Source: Leptogorgia sarmentosa
Lineage: Eukaryota
Length of the DNA stretch: 64,000 nt
Assembly: GCA_964658305.1 (NCBI GenBank)
Contig: OZ210885.1
Location: 22,320,001 to 22,384,000 of the forward strand
Reading direction: 5' to 3'
The notes beneath the pieces were generated by a model that was given only the letters and a program-made list of their open reading frames with translations, made no database searches and had not been told where the DNA came from. Positions 36,126-48,649 of this stretch are shown piece by piece (position 1 is the first letter of the stretch; the number at the start of each line of letters is the position of its first letter). The position numbers and the translations under genes are program-made.

Positions 36126-36595
36126 ATACTCAACAGATTGAACGTGCCTTGGAACGTAATTCCAAAACATCAAAGAAGTTTTGTGGTGTATTTCCAGCCG
36201 ATCAGTTACCGAAATCCTTAAGTACATTTCCCTGTGGATTTGTGGCTAATACGGACCCATCTACGAAACCGGGGACACATTGGGTAGTATTTCAATTTCC
36301 CACTTACAATACAGGAGAATTTTTCGATAGTTATGGAGAATCACCTGAACATTACAACGAATCTTTTAAAACTTATTTTGAACCTTATGAAGGGAAACGA
36401 AATACACGAAAATTACAAAGTTCATGGACTGAAGTGTGTGGGCAATATTGCATTTTTTACTTATATCAGAGAGCGTGTGGTCGTAGTATGAACGATATTG
36501 TGAACATATTCGGAGACAATACATTGCTGAACGATAGAAACGTATCTTGTTATGTTAAAAATTATTTTGATATTACTAACCATTTGTGGGCTTAG
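36122..36595 (+). CDS. Adenain-like cysteine maturation protease
   Basis: GVFPAD..NTDPSTKPGTHWV..FFDSYG..LQS..VCGQYC (H, D, Q, C catalytic set intact). Confidence 0.92.
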   Translation: MNTQQIERALERNSKTSKKFCGVFPADQLPKSLSTFPCGFVANTDPSTKPGTHWVVFQFPTYNTGEFFDSYGESPEHYNESFKTYFEPYEGKRNTRKLQSSWTEVCGQYCIFYLYQRACGRSMNDIVNIFGDNTLLNDRNVSCYVKNYFDITNHLWA

Positions 36596-36682
36596 TCAAT
36601 GTTGTAAAAAATTGCTTTAAATAAAAAATCAGCTTTTCAAAAGTGTTTTTATTCATTTTAACAATAATTATTTACGAAAAAG

Positions 36683-37364
36683 TTATCCTTTATAACACCC
36701 CCAATTGGGTATTTTGCAAAGTTTTTGTTCTTCACGTTTCCCACGTCCTTTTTGTCCTTTACGTTTTTCCTCCACCCTTTTTTTCTTCGTACAATTTTGT
36801 AGTTTTGTAAATCGTCCGATTTTTTTCAAGCTTTGTTGAAAAGACTTTCTATGCCTAGGAATACCGCCCCCATCCACGGGCACCTCCTTTTTGTGGTTTT
36901 TTACGCATCTCAAATCCTTTCATTGGTTCCTTTTTCCACCCTTCTTCGTTTCTCACAAGATCCTTGGGTACGTTTATGTTATTTAATATGTTAAAGAATT
37001 CTTGTGAAGCTACAGGATTAAAGTTTTTGCGTGATCTCATAGCGCTTGAGATTAGAGCCGAGATATTTGATTTCAGAATAAGGACTCCATCTATTTTGAC
37101 TTGACCCATATTATCCCACGAAATAACGTCCGGTTTTGCTTTCAAACGTTCCAAAAGGGCAGTAGCTCGTGTTCTCATAGTCTTTGGAATTCCTCAGACA
37201 ATAACATCGTCCGATAACTCCCTTTCTTATTTTTTTCCAAAACCATACTGTGGCGTGTCCCACCCAGTATTGTGTGTGTACGGTACAATATTTATATATG
37301 GGTTCGTTGCGCCTCCTTTTTGTTGCTCGTATTGCATAAGCTTTTCTTCAGGAATTAAAACCAT
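36683..37364 (-). pseudogene. Conserved Polinton protein (ISWD..G.V.IDG..SNI motif) with basic tail
   Basis: ORFs 36855-37178 and 36683-36913; motif recalled from Maverick conserved ORFs. Confidence 0.6.
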
Positions 37365-37369
37365 ACGTT

Positions 37370-37692
37370 TCATGATCGTCCAGTTATCGCAGCGATAGCC
37401 AAAGGTACTAGTACTGCCGCCAAGGCTGCCCCGCCACCACCGCCTTTTTGGCTAAGGAACTTTCTTTTTATTTTCTCCGATACTTTGTTACTTGATAGGT
37501 CACAAAGCTTGTTTTTGTAGCGAGCCAAACGTTTCTTCTGACGTGGGGTTATTTTTATTATTTTAAGTACGTTTAAAACAATTTCGGAAATAGCTTTAAT
37601 CAAATCTGAGGGAGCGTGCTGAAGAATAGCGTTTCATATTTGTGGATTTGATTTTGCTAATATTTGAAGGAGCGGAAGGGCTCTTTTCACAT
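37370..37692 (-). pseudogene. Conserved small Polinton protein ending QKGGG + hydrophobic helix
   Basis: IKAISEIVLNVLK..LARYKNKL..KRKFLSQKGGGGGAALAAVLVPL; the GG motif is a possible adenain site. Confidence 0.6.
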
Positions 37693-37713
37693 ACGCAGAC
37701 ATCCTATAAATGA

Positions 37714-38403
37714 CTACGTATCCATTAGGGGTGTTCCTATACCATCCACAACGAGGTTAAGAAGCACGTCAACATCCACGGGAATACTTATGTTTGAGTT
37801 TATGGTAAATGTCATTTCGGTAACAATGTCTTCCTTAACAGGAACTATTGGATGATTTTTGTTAAAAACGGAAACGGTGGAGTTTAGACGAGTACCTGGA
37901 GGGATGGGTAGATAGGCAATGTTTGTGTTTGTGTTTTTGTCGTTGTCAACATTTCTAAGCGGGTTCGCAAGATTGCATGTAATTGTAAGGTATCTTAATC
38001 CTGAATTCACGTCAACTGCTTTTGGTGATTTGGTAATTGCATCTTTAGCTATGCTTTTATCAGTAGGAAATCCCAATAGTTCTCCAAAGTTTTTTAAGTT
38101 TACGGTAGCTTCCGACTTATTTTCGACATCGCACGTATTATTGTGCATGTTTGCTGTGAGATTGATTTTATCTCCTACCAATCCTTCTTTAATAAGTTCA
38201 AAATCCCAATACCCCGCACCAAGCTCCTTTTCAACACCACCAATACTGAATTTGTTATTTGTAGATGTAATATTTTTGAACTTCCAAAAAACTGTTGCTC
38301 GTTTTAGTTGTATTGTAGTACCATAACGTGTTAAGAAAGGTTCATCTAATGTTAATTTCTTTGTACCACCGGTAACGAATACCGTAATGTTTCTTGATGT
38401 CAT
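37714..38403 (-). CDS. Second minor-capsid/penton-like protein
   Basis: Intact 229 aa, beta-rich: LGAGYW..FGELLGF..LRYLTITCNL..IAYLPIP..IVTEMTFTI. Confidence 0.55.
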   Translation of the reverse strand: MTSRNITVFVTGGTKKLTLDEPFLTRYGTTIQLKRATVFWKFKNITSTNNKFSIGGVEKELGAGYWDFELIKEGLVGDKINLTANMHNNTCDVENKSEATVNLKNFGELLGFPTDKSIAKDAITKSPKAVDVNSGLRYLTITCNLANPLRNVDNDKNTNTNIAYLPIPPGTRLNSTVSVFNKNHPIVPVKEDIVTEMTFTINSNISIPVDVDVLLNLVVDGIGTPLMDT

Positions 38404-38455
38404 TATCGTACGTTATGTATCACACAAATGAGTATATGCTTTGTTTTTTACTTCT

Positions 38456-39077
38456 TTATATACACAATTTGTCTTTCTCCAGGTAAAATATTTGTACGTA
38501 ATCGTATATTTTACGGAGTTTGTGGATGACAATCAATGAGTAAATAACTATGTGGTTGTTTCGTAGCATCATGAAAGGAATCCACCAAAAAATTGCTCTG
38601 TCTAGGATACATCTGTTTAGCCAGGGTTGCAATTCCAAGAGAATCACGCAGATTTTTAAACACAAAAATGTAATGACAATTTAAACTAATGGTTCTTGAT
38701 AATTTTCCTGGTGGAAATAGGTTCTGTGTAAGATACAATACAGAAATGCCTTTATGATGAGATCCTCGTGTAAATAAATCGGAGACGCGCTGATCTTTTG
38801 AACATTCTCCCATAAGATCATCCAACACAACAATTGAATTGTCATGTCCTCGGGTTAAGTCATCCAAATTCGACGGAAATCCTTCAACCAAATCCACATT
38901 TTGTAGTTCCTCAAACTCTTTTTGATACTCCCCATAACAATAAATGATCTTTGTAGGAACAGGGTGAAATAATTGGTTAGAATGTTTTAGTAATTTGCGG
39001 ACCAGAAACGATTTTCCTCTTTGACTTTGTCCCGATACGTAAAAATTCGCTGGTACTTTGAACCTTACATCCATCAT
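38456..39077 (-). pseudogene. A32/FtsK-like genome packaging ATPase
   Basis: Walker A GQSQRGKS, Walker B VVLDDLM, FTRGSHH, LTQNLF and ISLN; late stop at 38511. Confidence 0.92.
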
Positions 39078-39118
39078 GTCAACGTGTAAATACCATTTTC
39101 AAAACGTGTATACGTTTC

Positions 39119-39625
39119 TTATATCCTGAATCCGTTATGGTATCGTACTTTATAGTACAAATAACGTACTGTATTTTGTACTTTTTCCCATATTTTCCAT
39201 CTTTTTACTATCAGACCAATAACGTTTGCGATAACGTAACAGTAGCATAGCATCGGGTCCATGCGTCGACATACATATCGATGCATAGTATTTCGTACCA
39301 ATGTGTATCTGTCCCACATATATTCTTTTTCTCTTTTGTACTCCGATAAGTTAATGTTTTTCAGAATTGGGACCGTAAGTCGTACCACATTGCGCTTTTG
39401 TTCATCGCTAAGATCCTGAAAATGTACTGTAGTCAGAAAAGCCATCACATGACCAAACGAATTGGGGCGTAGTTGTTCCCATGCCATAAACAAATCTTCA
39501 TATGAAAGTTTATTTAAAAAATACACATTTTGATTGTCGTAGTACAGTTTATTAATAAAATAAGACAGCGTTGTTTTGTCAATATCAATAGCATTCTTAC
39601 GAAGCTCATCAACTGTCACATCCAT
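39119..39625 (-). CDS. Polinton hypothetical protein
   Basis: Intact 168-aa ORF upstream of the ATPase; no recognised motif. Confidence 0.5.
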   Translation of the reverse strand: MDVTVDELRKNAIDIDKTTLSYFINKLYYDNQNVYFLNKLSYEDLFMAWEQLRPNSFGHVMAFLTTVHFQDLSDEQKRNVVRLTVPILKNINLSEYKREKEYMWDRYTLVRNTMHRYVCRRMDPMLCYCYVIANVIGLIVKRWKIWEKVQNTVRYLYYKVRYHNGFRI

Positions 39626-39773
39626 TGTGTAAATAAAATTTTATTATTTACATCACACCTACTTATATGAAAAACCTCAGGAAAATAACAATAGGAAAAA
39701 ATAACCACGGGAATATAATATATAAAAGAGAAAAGCGTTCATTTCATTTCATTTGTAAAGAAGAGAGCTAAGA

Positions 39774-40090
39774 ATGTGTTTCTGTGATGAAAATACTTTC
39801 TTATTACAAACAAAACAACGGGTAACGAACATTTCGTAAATGGAGATGATGACATACACAACTTCTTCGAAGGTTTCTACTCTATCCCTCAGTTATTTCA
39901 TCGTATGATAAAGAGGGAACAAATCCGATGGTAAGAGAATTACTACACCTTGGCTGTTAATTCTCATCGCAAATGCGAACAACTAAAGCGAACAATCGCA
40001 AAGTATGGGGATCTTAGTTTAAAAGACGGTGGTTTTTGGGAAAAGTGTCCTGAAAAGTACCGACACATGCTTCCGAAAGAAAGACAATAG
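39774..40090 (+). pseudogene. Small Polinton protein, paralog of 48650-48895
   Basis: MCFCDENTFLITNKTTGNEHFVNGDDD vs MCSCDGICFVVTNTTSGCNHFVKGDDD; internal stop. Confidence 0.65.
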
Positions 40091-43000
40091 GTTGTGTTTA
40101 AAAACAGTGTTTAATAAATATTTTTACACTAAAATCCATAGGGTAATGTTTTATAGTTTTCTACAATAACGCGTTTGTCATATACAATGGGGTAATCCTT
40201 CTTCATTTTCTTTGTCACAATGTTTTTTTCCTTCTTATCCCGTGTGATTTTGAATGGGATATTAATCGTAACTTTTGCTTCAGCATTACACCCCACATTT
40301 AAGTACACAAGTGCATGAATGACGTCGGGATTTATCTTTTGTTGCGTTGTATGATTCAAGGTAATACCCCGCACTTTCGTTTCTGATTTTCCTCCAGCAG
40401 TATAGTATGTATGCGTAATTCTTCGGACCTCCTGACATAAACGTGGTGATATAATCTCCGTCTAACTCGTCGGTTAAGTCACCCAGATAATTTCCTATAG
40501 GTGGTTCTGGTTTACCGGGTTTGGACACATATATAACAGAATCGGTATCGTAGTAAAGTACCCGTTCTTGCAACAAGTCCAATAAGTCGTAAAGTTTTAA
40601 ATGTGCATATGCCGTAGTGAAAGCAGCAACAACTACATTCGCTTTGCTATTTGGTTCCTCAAAGTCGCCGACACTTTTGTACTGTACTTCAACCATGTTG
40701 TCACTGACTATTCGGGCGTTGGATACTTCCAATTCGTCGGAGGTCAAAAGGTCGTAATATTTTTGTGGTTCCATTATCATTTCCGTCTTACATAAATTAC
40801 CTCGTTGCCCAAATTTGCCTAAAACAAAAATACAATTACCCCAAAATATAAAAAAGCAATACCACTTACCCCAAAATGAGTTTAGCATGAGTTTGGCTAA
40901 AGCGCGCAAGCCTGGATTGTGTGTAATCTTTTCTGGATCCAATGCAATTCCCTCATGCTCCAAATACTCGGCCACGTAGGTTCGCTTCTGCTGGTGCAAT
41001 CTTTCGGGTAGCCACTGGCTTCCTGCTTAATTTTTAAGAAAGTGTCCACATACTCTTTTAATAACTCGCCGGATTGTTCAGGAAAATGCCACACCTCGTG
41101 TAGACATAGAATCCGGTAGCCTTTCTCTATTGCCTTTAGTAATTCCACATGACACCATGTGCCTAGAATAGCTCTTTCTTCATCGGAATGGGTACACATA
41201 GTCTTATTAATGGCATCAACACACGCCTTGCATAATGGGAATGTTAATTTACCAGGAGTACGATAAGGTAGAACAGGATGAAACAATCCCCGGGGTGGTA
41301 ACACGGTGCATTTTATTAGGCCGAAGTACGTTGAAATGTCCTGATAATTCTCGGTAATAATTTCAGGATACCCCACTACCATTCTTGTTGATTTGTTACA
41401 CCAGGGATACAGGCTTGTAAAATCCGCATATCTAAAAAACACATTTTTTAAATAGTAAAAAACAAAAAAATACACAACAACCTTTTCTAACCTGATTTTT
41501 TCTTCGCCTTCACATTGGTGGAATAGTTTAGCAGCATTCGTACGACCACCAAAAAATGCATCACGTGGTTGAAGCGGATCAACAAGATCGTACTCTTCGA
41601 AATAATGGCGTATCTCTTCATTCTCCTCCAGCTCTTTCTTCAAATCACATTCCCACATTTCCATGATATTGAAACCTTGTTCTCTGAGATAGCAAACTTT
41701 CTCTATTGTGGCTTCATATAGAGTTTGCATGGTCTTTCCGTTTACAGGATTCACAGTATTACGTGCATAGCATGTTGAACACCCTAAAAAATAACATGGT
41801 TAAGAAAAAAAGTACACACATTTCACTATTTTTGTAAACTACTTACCATGCCAAAGACATCCTTGAAATTCGTATGCGGTATTTGATTCTTGATGATACC
41901 CATCCAGGGAATACTTGCCTACCCCGCTTCTCTCCACCATTCCTGACATGTTCAATACAAATACCCTCTTTCTCAGACACAGACGATAACCACTTCAGGG
42001 CCGTGTTGGATTGCTTCATTTTCAGATGACGATCGGAATTTAAAATTGCAATTGTGTTTTCTTTCAAAAAGTTGGTACGGTAAACCAGTTGACACGTGCT
42101 GGCAATCGTTAGACATTTCTCAAACGGATTGATTCCTGTACTATTTCGAAACAATTCACGAAACTCCATACAGCTACGTCTCAAAATATCCACATCGGAT
42201 CTACAGTACTCGGTGATCTCTTTGACAAAATCAAACACGACATTATTGTTTCTTTGCTCTTTGTGCCATTTCTGGAAGGCTTCGCGATTTTTTGGAGTCA
42301 TTTCATTTGGATTATAGTATTGTTCGCACAGAATGAGTCCGACATAATTCTGATTCTCCTTCTTATTGAACAAGTGAGGAAAATATCCTTTATGTAATTC
42401 ATCCAACCCAAAGGTCTTTGGGAATTTAGCGAGACCCATAGGAATGAAATTTAATGAGTCAATAAATCGTATGTTAAGGCCGTTTTCCACTAGGCGGAAT
42501 TTTGCGCGCGGAATGTGTTTTCCGCCTGGGAATTGTATTTGAGCATGCGCAGTATTCTTTTTATTTTTGCGATTGGCGCCAATCGTTTTCGCTTGGAAGT
42601 TAAACACAATACGACATTTTCCGCTTTCCGCGATTTCGTTTGACAAAAAACAACATGGCCGACAACATGATGAGTGAAGCGGGAAGCGCAAAGGCAAGAT
42701 TTTATACTTCGCGTATAAACTCCTTGAAAGAGCTTCTTCGCCAGTCACAACAACAACAACAGGAACTCAATGCATTAGATGAAGAATCGGTTACTTGACT
42801 GTTTGATGATGACATACCGGAGCTACAACAAATTGAAAATACGTCTCACTCTCAAGCTCAAAGTATATCAAAAACTACAATGCCAGTAGAACAAGGTTTG
42901 CATCAAATTCTCTTTCATATATTATTACATGTACTCTCTTATATATCAGAAATACATCTTTTTATATACTTCTTTATTTCATGTTTTCATTGACTCTTTT

Positions 43001-43336
43001 TATTGATTTTGTTCTTTGATTTTGAATTGAAGATGTGGAGTCCTATAAGTAAATAAACTCCTAAGCCCTGTTATTTGCTATAAATTATAATAAATTAATA
43101 ATCTGAAAGCATGTCACATAAATACAACACAGGATTCTTATATTAAATACAGTAATGAAACTTGTATTGGATTGGAATCACATTAGACAAATATACAAAA
43201 TTATTCACTTGCCATTCATATTAGTTATTAGTTGCCATTTATTCATGTTATTCATAATCAGTATGGTTATTCTGGTTAAGCTTGTTTAGAATTCCTTATA
43301 TTGTAAAATTAAGCATCTTATTTTGTATAAAAATAT

Positions 43337-44251
43337 TTGATAGGCAACCAAGCAACAGAGTCAAGTGAAACAACTTTGGCCAACATAGAAGCTAGTGAAA
43401 AGGAAGAAGTGTCAACTGATTTTGATGTTGAGCTATTTATCGAAGAAGTTCGGAAACTTGGGTGTCTGTGGAATACATCTCTATCTACCTATAAAGACAG
43501 AAATGCCAAACAAAATGCATGGATGATAATTTCCAAAATATTTAATAAAGATGGTAAGAATTTTATATAGTTGAAACAATTTAATTAATAACACAAGCCA
43601 ATACATGTAATTTATTTACCCATTGAAGTTCTTATTGTATTTGCAGTTGATTTCTTAAAGACTCAGTTGAAATATTTGAAAGATAATTTGAAGAAGTGCC
43701 TCGATAGAAGATCCAAAGCTTTTAAGTCAGGTGCAGCTGCATCAAAGTTGCCTACATGCAAGTATTTTGATCAGTTAAGTTTTCTTCACTGCAAAGTAAG
43801 TAACAAGCCTACAGAGAGCAATTTGACACAAGCAATCGAAGTAGAAGATACACAGCTTACAGACAATCCTGCATCTGCTGTAACTACCCAGTCATTGCCT
43901 TGCTCCAACAGTACAACTGCAACGTCAACATTAACTAAGGGAAGTTCAAGCTCTGCACCAGGAAAGAATAAAGCAGAAAGTGAAATTATTCCATACACGC
44001 CCGCGACGCGAAGTAAGTCAAGAGCTGAAATGGCATTTGCTGTTGATACACTGTTGGTAAAAACATTGCAAGATATGCAGGATCCCTCATCTAAATCAAC
44101 CAGTGTTGTTGATAATGACGAAGACATGTTGTTTTGTCAGAGCCTTGTACCATTACTTAAGAAGATGCCAGCAAGACAAAATAGGCTTGCCAAGATAAAA
44201 ATAAATCAGTTGTTGTTTGATCTGGAATTTAATGATGAACAGTTAATGTAA
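43337..44251 (+). CDS. MADF-BESS DNA-binding protein (spliced; Harbinger ORF2)
   Basis: LFIEEVRKLGCLWN..YKDRNAKQNAW (MADF); intron ~43554-43646; DEDMLFCQSLVPLLKKMP..KIKINQLL (BESS). A probable first exon lies at ~42666-42895. Confidence 0.8.
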
Positions 44252-44387
44252 CTAGTTCCATTAAAACAGAGTGATTTCACCAAAAAACAATTGAACACTC
44301 ATACGTTTAGAGTTAAAATCTCGTTATGTTTTAGTTGCTGTACGTTTCAGTAAGAAATAAAGTAAGCAGTACTTTAATTTATTATAA

Positions 44388-45710
44388 TTAAATCTGTTTG
44401 TCAAATGCATGTAAGGTTCGCGTTACCATATCCATTTGCCAGCTGACAGCTCCCTGCTGAGAATTGAAATATTCCTTGAAGTCATCACGAGCATCTTTGG
44501 CTGACTTAGAATAGTTATTTGAGCCCATCCGAGGAATAGGGACCATTCCTTCATTGGTATTTTCCTCCCTCCTCCATTCTCCAGTTTGTTGACCAGCTGC
44601 TGATTCATGGTCTGTATAGTTAAGGGGGCAGTAACTGTGGGTATCTTCTGGAGATCTTGTTGCCATTAAAAAATTGTGCAAAACAACAACCGCTTTGGTA
44701 ATATCTACCACTTTCTCAACATTAGCAATGATAGGTTTTCGAAAAACTCAAAAACGTGATGTTGCTACTCCAAAGCAATTTTCAATAATGCGCCTTGCCC
44801 TTGATAGTCTATAATTGAACACTCTTTCATCGAGAGTTAAGTTCTGACCTGGGTAAGGCTTCATCATATATGTCTTGAGGCCAAAAGCATCGTCAGCGAC
44901 AAATACGTAAGGGTAAGTTTTGTTTGAAGGATTAGATTCATCCAGCTTTTCAGCCTCAGGGAGTTGCAATAGATTATTATCTATGGCATGGCCAAGAAAG
45001 CTATTTGCATAGACACTGCCATCACTCTGTCCACCAGCATCGCCAATGTCTACAAGTGTAAATTCATAGTCTGCATTGCAGACCGCTAAAAGCACAACAC
45101 TATGTGTCTTTTTATAATTAAAGTAATCAGATCCAGAACGTGCAGGTGCCTGCATTACTATGTGTTTCCCATCGATCGCACCTAGTGCATGTGGAAAATT
45201 CCATTATGTTTCAAACTTCCTAGCGATTTTCTTCCAGTGTTCTTTTGTACTTGGTGCAGCTAAGTAACCATTTTCGATCAAAACTCGCCAAAGAACCTTG
45301 CACGTTTCTCCAATAATTCTTCCTACAGTAGAAGGGCTAATGCGATAACTAGCTGCTATACTTGTTTGTTCATCACCGGTAACTAGATACCGCAAAGTAA
45401 CAGATAATCTTTCACTCGGTGAAACAGGATCTCGCATTTTAGTTGTTTTTTTCTGTATATAAGGAGAAATCCAGGAAAGAAGCTTTTCAAAAGTCTCTGG
45501 CACCATTCTAAAACACCGAAAGAAGTATTCGTGATCGAAAAGCATCATTTCTTTGATTAATTGGTGATAATCTCCCTTTAAATTGCGTTCTTGATATATT
45601 CTTCGCGTCCAAAAGCGCTTCTTATACTTTTCATTTTTTCTGCGTAGTCTCCTGCGAAGCACAAGTAATACTATTAACTTTCGTAGTTGTTTTTGGTTTG
45701 TTGCCGCCAT
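44388..45710 (-). pseudogene. Harbinger DDE transposase
   Basis: LSVTLRYLVTG..GAIDGKHI..YFNYKKTHSVVL..SDG..FVADDAF..LSRARRIIENCFG; in-frame stops. Confidence 0.93.
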
Positions 45711-47866
45711 CTTTATTTTCAAGATTTGATTTTCCCGCCTTTTAATTTCAACATTTTCCGCTCGTAATGGCCATCTATGTGGAAATCAAACAACGTTTCC
45801 TCTCGAAAATTTTCGATCGTGGATTCTGTCTTCTTGTCGACACTCGTAATCAAAAAAGAACAGTTGAATCGTATCCGCTTTGCTTCCCCATCTCGCTTTC
45901 CTTTATTTCACTTTCCTCCATCTTTCTTTCCTCGGGTTTCTTCATGTAACAAAAATGTGTATCTTCATCGTCAACAAGCTCTTTACATGTTCTACATTTT
46001 GTTTTTTGACATAGGTGACCCAGTAATTTGTGTATTCTCATTGATTTGCCACATTTCAAACACTTCTTCCCTTGCTGACATACAGACTGTCCATTGCCTA
46101 TGGGTTCCTTGTGTCTGTCATAACACGCTTAATTTTTAAACATTCTTTTACAGTCCGTACAACTTCTGGGGTCAATAAAGGAACATTCCAAACCACGACA
46201 CATTTTGCACATACTATCGCATAAATGATCCACCGCATTATCATAGGGTTTTCTGGACATATGGCAAAAATTCCCCCGGCTTAAAAATCCCGGCATTGAT
46301 GTGATAACGTCGTAGTGATTATTGTGTAAGTACAAATAAATGTGTTTCGTTTCTGTAACAACAGGTTGCGCTGGGTGTATAATGGTGTTTCCATCTTCCA
46401 TAGAGACAATGTTAATCTCATACCCCGTCAAATATTTTTGGAACTGTTTCACTTCGGGAATCCCACATGACCCTATTTGATGATGCAGCGTTTCCCTGCA
46501 CTGGTCTACGCGAGTCGGCTAAGAGCTTAACCTTTTGTCTTTGTCAATTTTTGCAATAGCAACCACCAAAGCTCTAGCCAAAAACAAATCGTCTTTGTTT
46601 TTAATGGTCACTATCGATCTTTTGTTTTGTAAATAACTCAATAAATCAATATTATTGCGTTTTTCGTGCCCACTACCGTTAGGCATCTCGACATGAACAA
46701 TGTCAACAATGGCCGACTCGTTTAGGCGCTACTCCTGTTTAGATTGTACAACACGTTCGATCTGAGAAAAAACATGTTCGGGTGTAAGTCGCGAAACGGG
46801 CATAAACGATAGCGAAATGGGTTTGTCCAGTTGATCCTTGCACAAAACAAAACGAACCAAATCGCTTTCCCTCATTCCTTCCGTAACGTCGTTAAGCAAT
46901 TGCTCAAAAATTTGCTGTGTACGCTCATACTCATTTTGTGGCGGTTGTTAAATAATACAGTGTTTTTTATGCAGGTATTCGGATCCTGGACTGTGGTTCA
47001 AATAGTTGTGTCCTCATTGAGGTTGTGGATCGATGGGTGGCACCTTGGAATGTGATGAGTGTGGTTGTGATTGAGTTTGATGGTGGACAGGGTTGAAGGT
47101 TATGGTAGGATGGAAGGTTGTAATCATGTGAATTATATTAGAACGAATTACATTAAAAGGAATGGTATTAAAACGAGTTACATTAAAAGGAATTGTATCA
47201 AAACGAATTGTATTATGTGTATACTGACAAAACCCGGGTTTATAGTGGTGTTTTGTGTGAGTGCCAGGGCCGTAGTGATTGCCAATTATCACCGGGCCCT
47301 GTCCCTTGGTATTCGTTGAAAACTCCTAGTTATGTTTCATCAGGCCCCAAGCATAACTGGGAAAGCACGTTTCTAACCTGCTAGCTGGTCTTGGAACGAC
47401 GTGCTCGCATATTGGGTGTTAGGTTTAACACAATGTGGTTATTTACTTTTGGTGGATGAGTGGTAGGTGGTTTGACATAGTGGTTTGGAAGGATGAATGG
47501 CTGTTTGTGTGTCGGGTTATCCCGCTGTGTCGGTATGATAGATGGCAAAATAATTATGTTTGTTATCTGTGATAACGGGTAAATTAGAAACATGTTGATC
47601 CTACTTGTTTCGTTCTTTGTACTGGTGGCTGCGGTGGCTCTTGTTGGGCTTTTTTTGGCTTTTTGGAGAGGGCTCCTCTTGGTTTGTCTTTGCTCTTTGG
47701 TACTTAGAGTTGGAAAGGATTGCGCCTACATTTGCTTGCCGCGTGGTATGTAAATGTTTACCCTGGGGCTTGAATGACGTGTGAGGTGACGTGATGTCCG
47801 AATACAGTGGGGGCCTGGGGTTGATTTATTGCAACAGGTTGTTGTAAGGTGGGAACAGGGCAGTCG

Positions 47867-48197
47867 AGGGTCAGATTAAGGATTGGGTTGGGGTTATGTC
47901 ATGGGTGTCTTTAAGGGTTCGGATTTGATTGGTTAGAGTCAGATTAAGGATTGGGTTGGGTTTATGTTGAGGGTGTCTTTGAGGGTTCGGGTTTGATTGG
48001 TTAGGGTCAGATTGAGGATTGGGTCAGGGTTATGTCGAGGGTGTCTTGAAGGGTTCGGATTTGATTGGTTAGGGTCATATTAAGGATTGGGTTGGGGTTA
48101 TGTCGAGGGTGTCTTGAAGGGTTCGGATTTGATTGGTTAGGGTCAGATTAAGGATTGGGTTGGGGTTATGTTGAGGGTGTCTTGAAGGGTTCGGATT
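47867..48197 (+). repeat. 68-bp tandem repeat (~5 copies), G/T-rich strand
   Basis: agattaagg-type anchors at 47873, 47941, 48009, 48077 and 48145. Confidence 0.92.
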
Positions 48198-48649
48198 GAA
48201 GGGTTCAGATTAGTTGAAGAGATCTTCCAGATCATTAAAGTGGACAGAATAATCCACGGCAGTTGTACGATACTTTTTCGCCTTTACTTGCAAACTTTGT
48301 TAATTGTGTAAAACTTTTCAGGGGTGCTAACTTCGTCGTCATTGGCTTTCCTCTTTTTTTCCCAATATTGTAAATCCCACGAGTCGTTAGAGTCTCCCCA
48401 CTCCCATTCATTTTCGATGCCATTTTGTGGATCGGGCACATCCCTTATCCACGAGTCATTTGTATGTTCCCACTCCCATTCAGCAGACTCCATACTTGTT
48501 TAACAAAACTAATTCTCGCTGCATTTTATATACCTACAGAACCCTTTAAAATAACCGCAGGAATAACCTCGGGAATGATAACCTCAGGAATAACCTCGGG
48601 AATGATAATAATATATGCAAAAAAGTAGTGTTGTTCTCATTTTGCGAGA

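Larger units (their letters stand above)
42478..45830 (-). mobile_element. PIF/Harbinger transposon 2 inside pPolB (right end lost)
   Basis: Left end ggccgttttccactag after TAA; convergent MADF-BESS and transposase genes; no matching right TIR found. Confidence 0.85.
40129..48493 (-). pseudogene. pPolB: Protein-primed family B DNA polymerase with three introns, split by a Harbinger and a 1.27-kb insert
   Basis: FFDYEC (ExoI), FIDSLNF, YCRSDV, EFQGCLWHGC (Vsr-like insert), FFGGRT, YADFTSLYP, KLMLNSFWGKFGQ, YYDTDS and GPKNY; Cys-rich N-terminal region 45850-46930. Confidence 0.95.

Noticed and set aside
47867..48197. Telomeric array or coding repeat
   Set aside because: TTAGGG occurs at most once per 68-bp unit, and 68 is not a multiple of 3.
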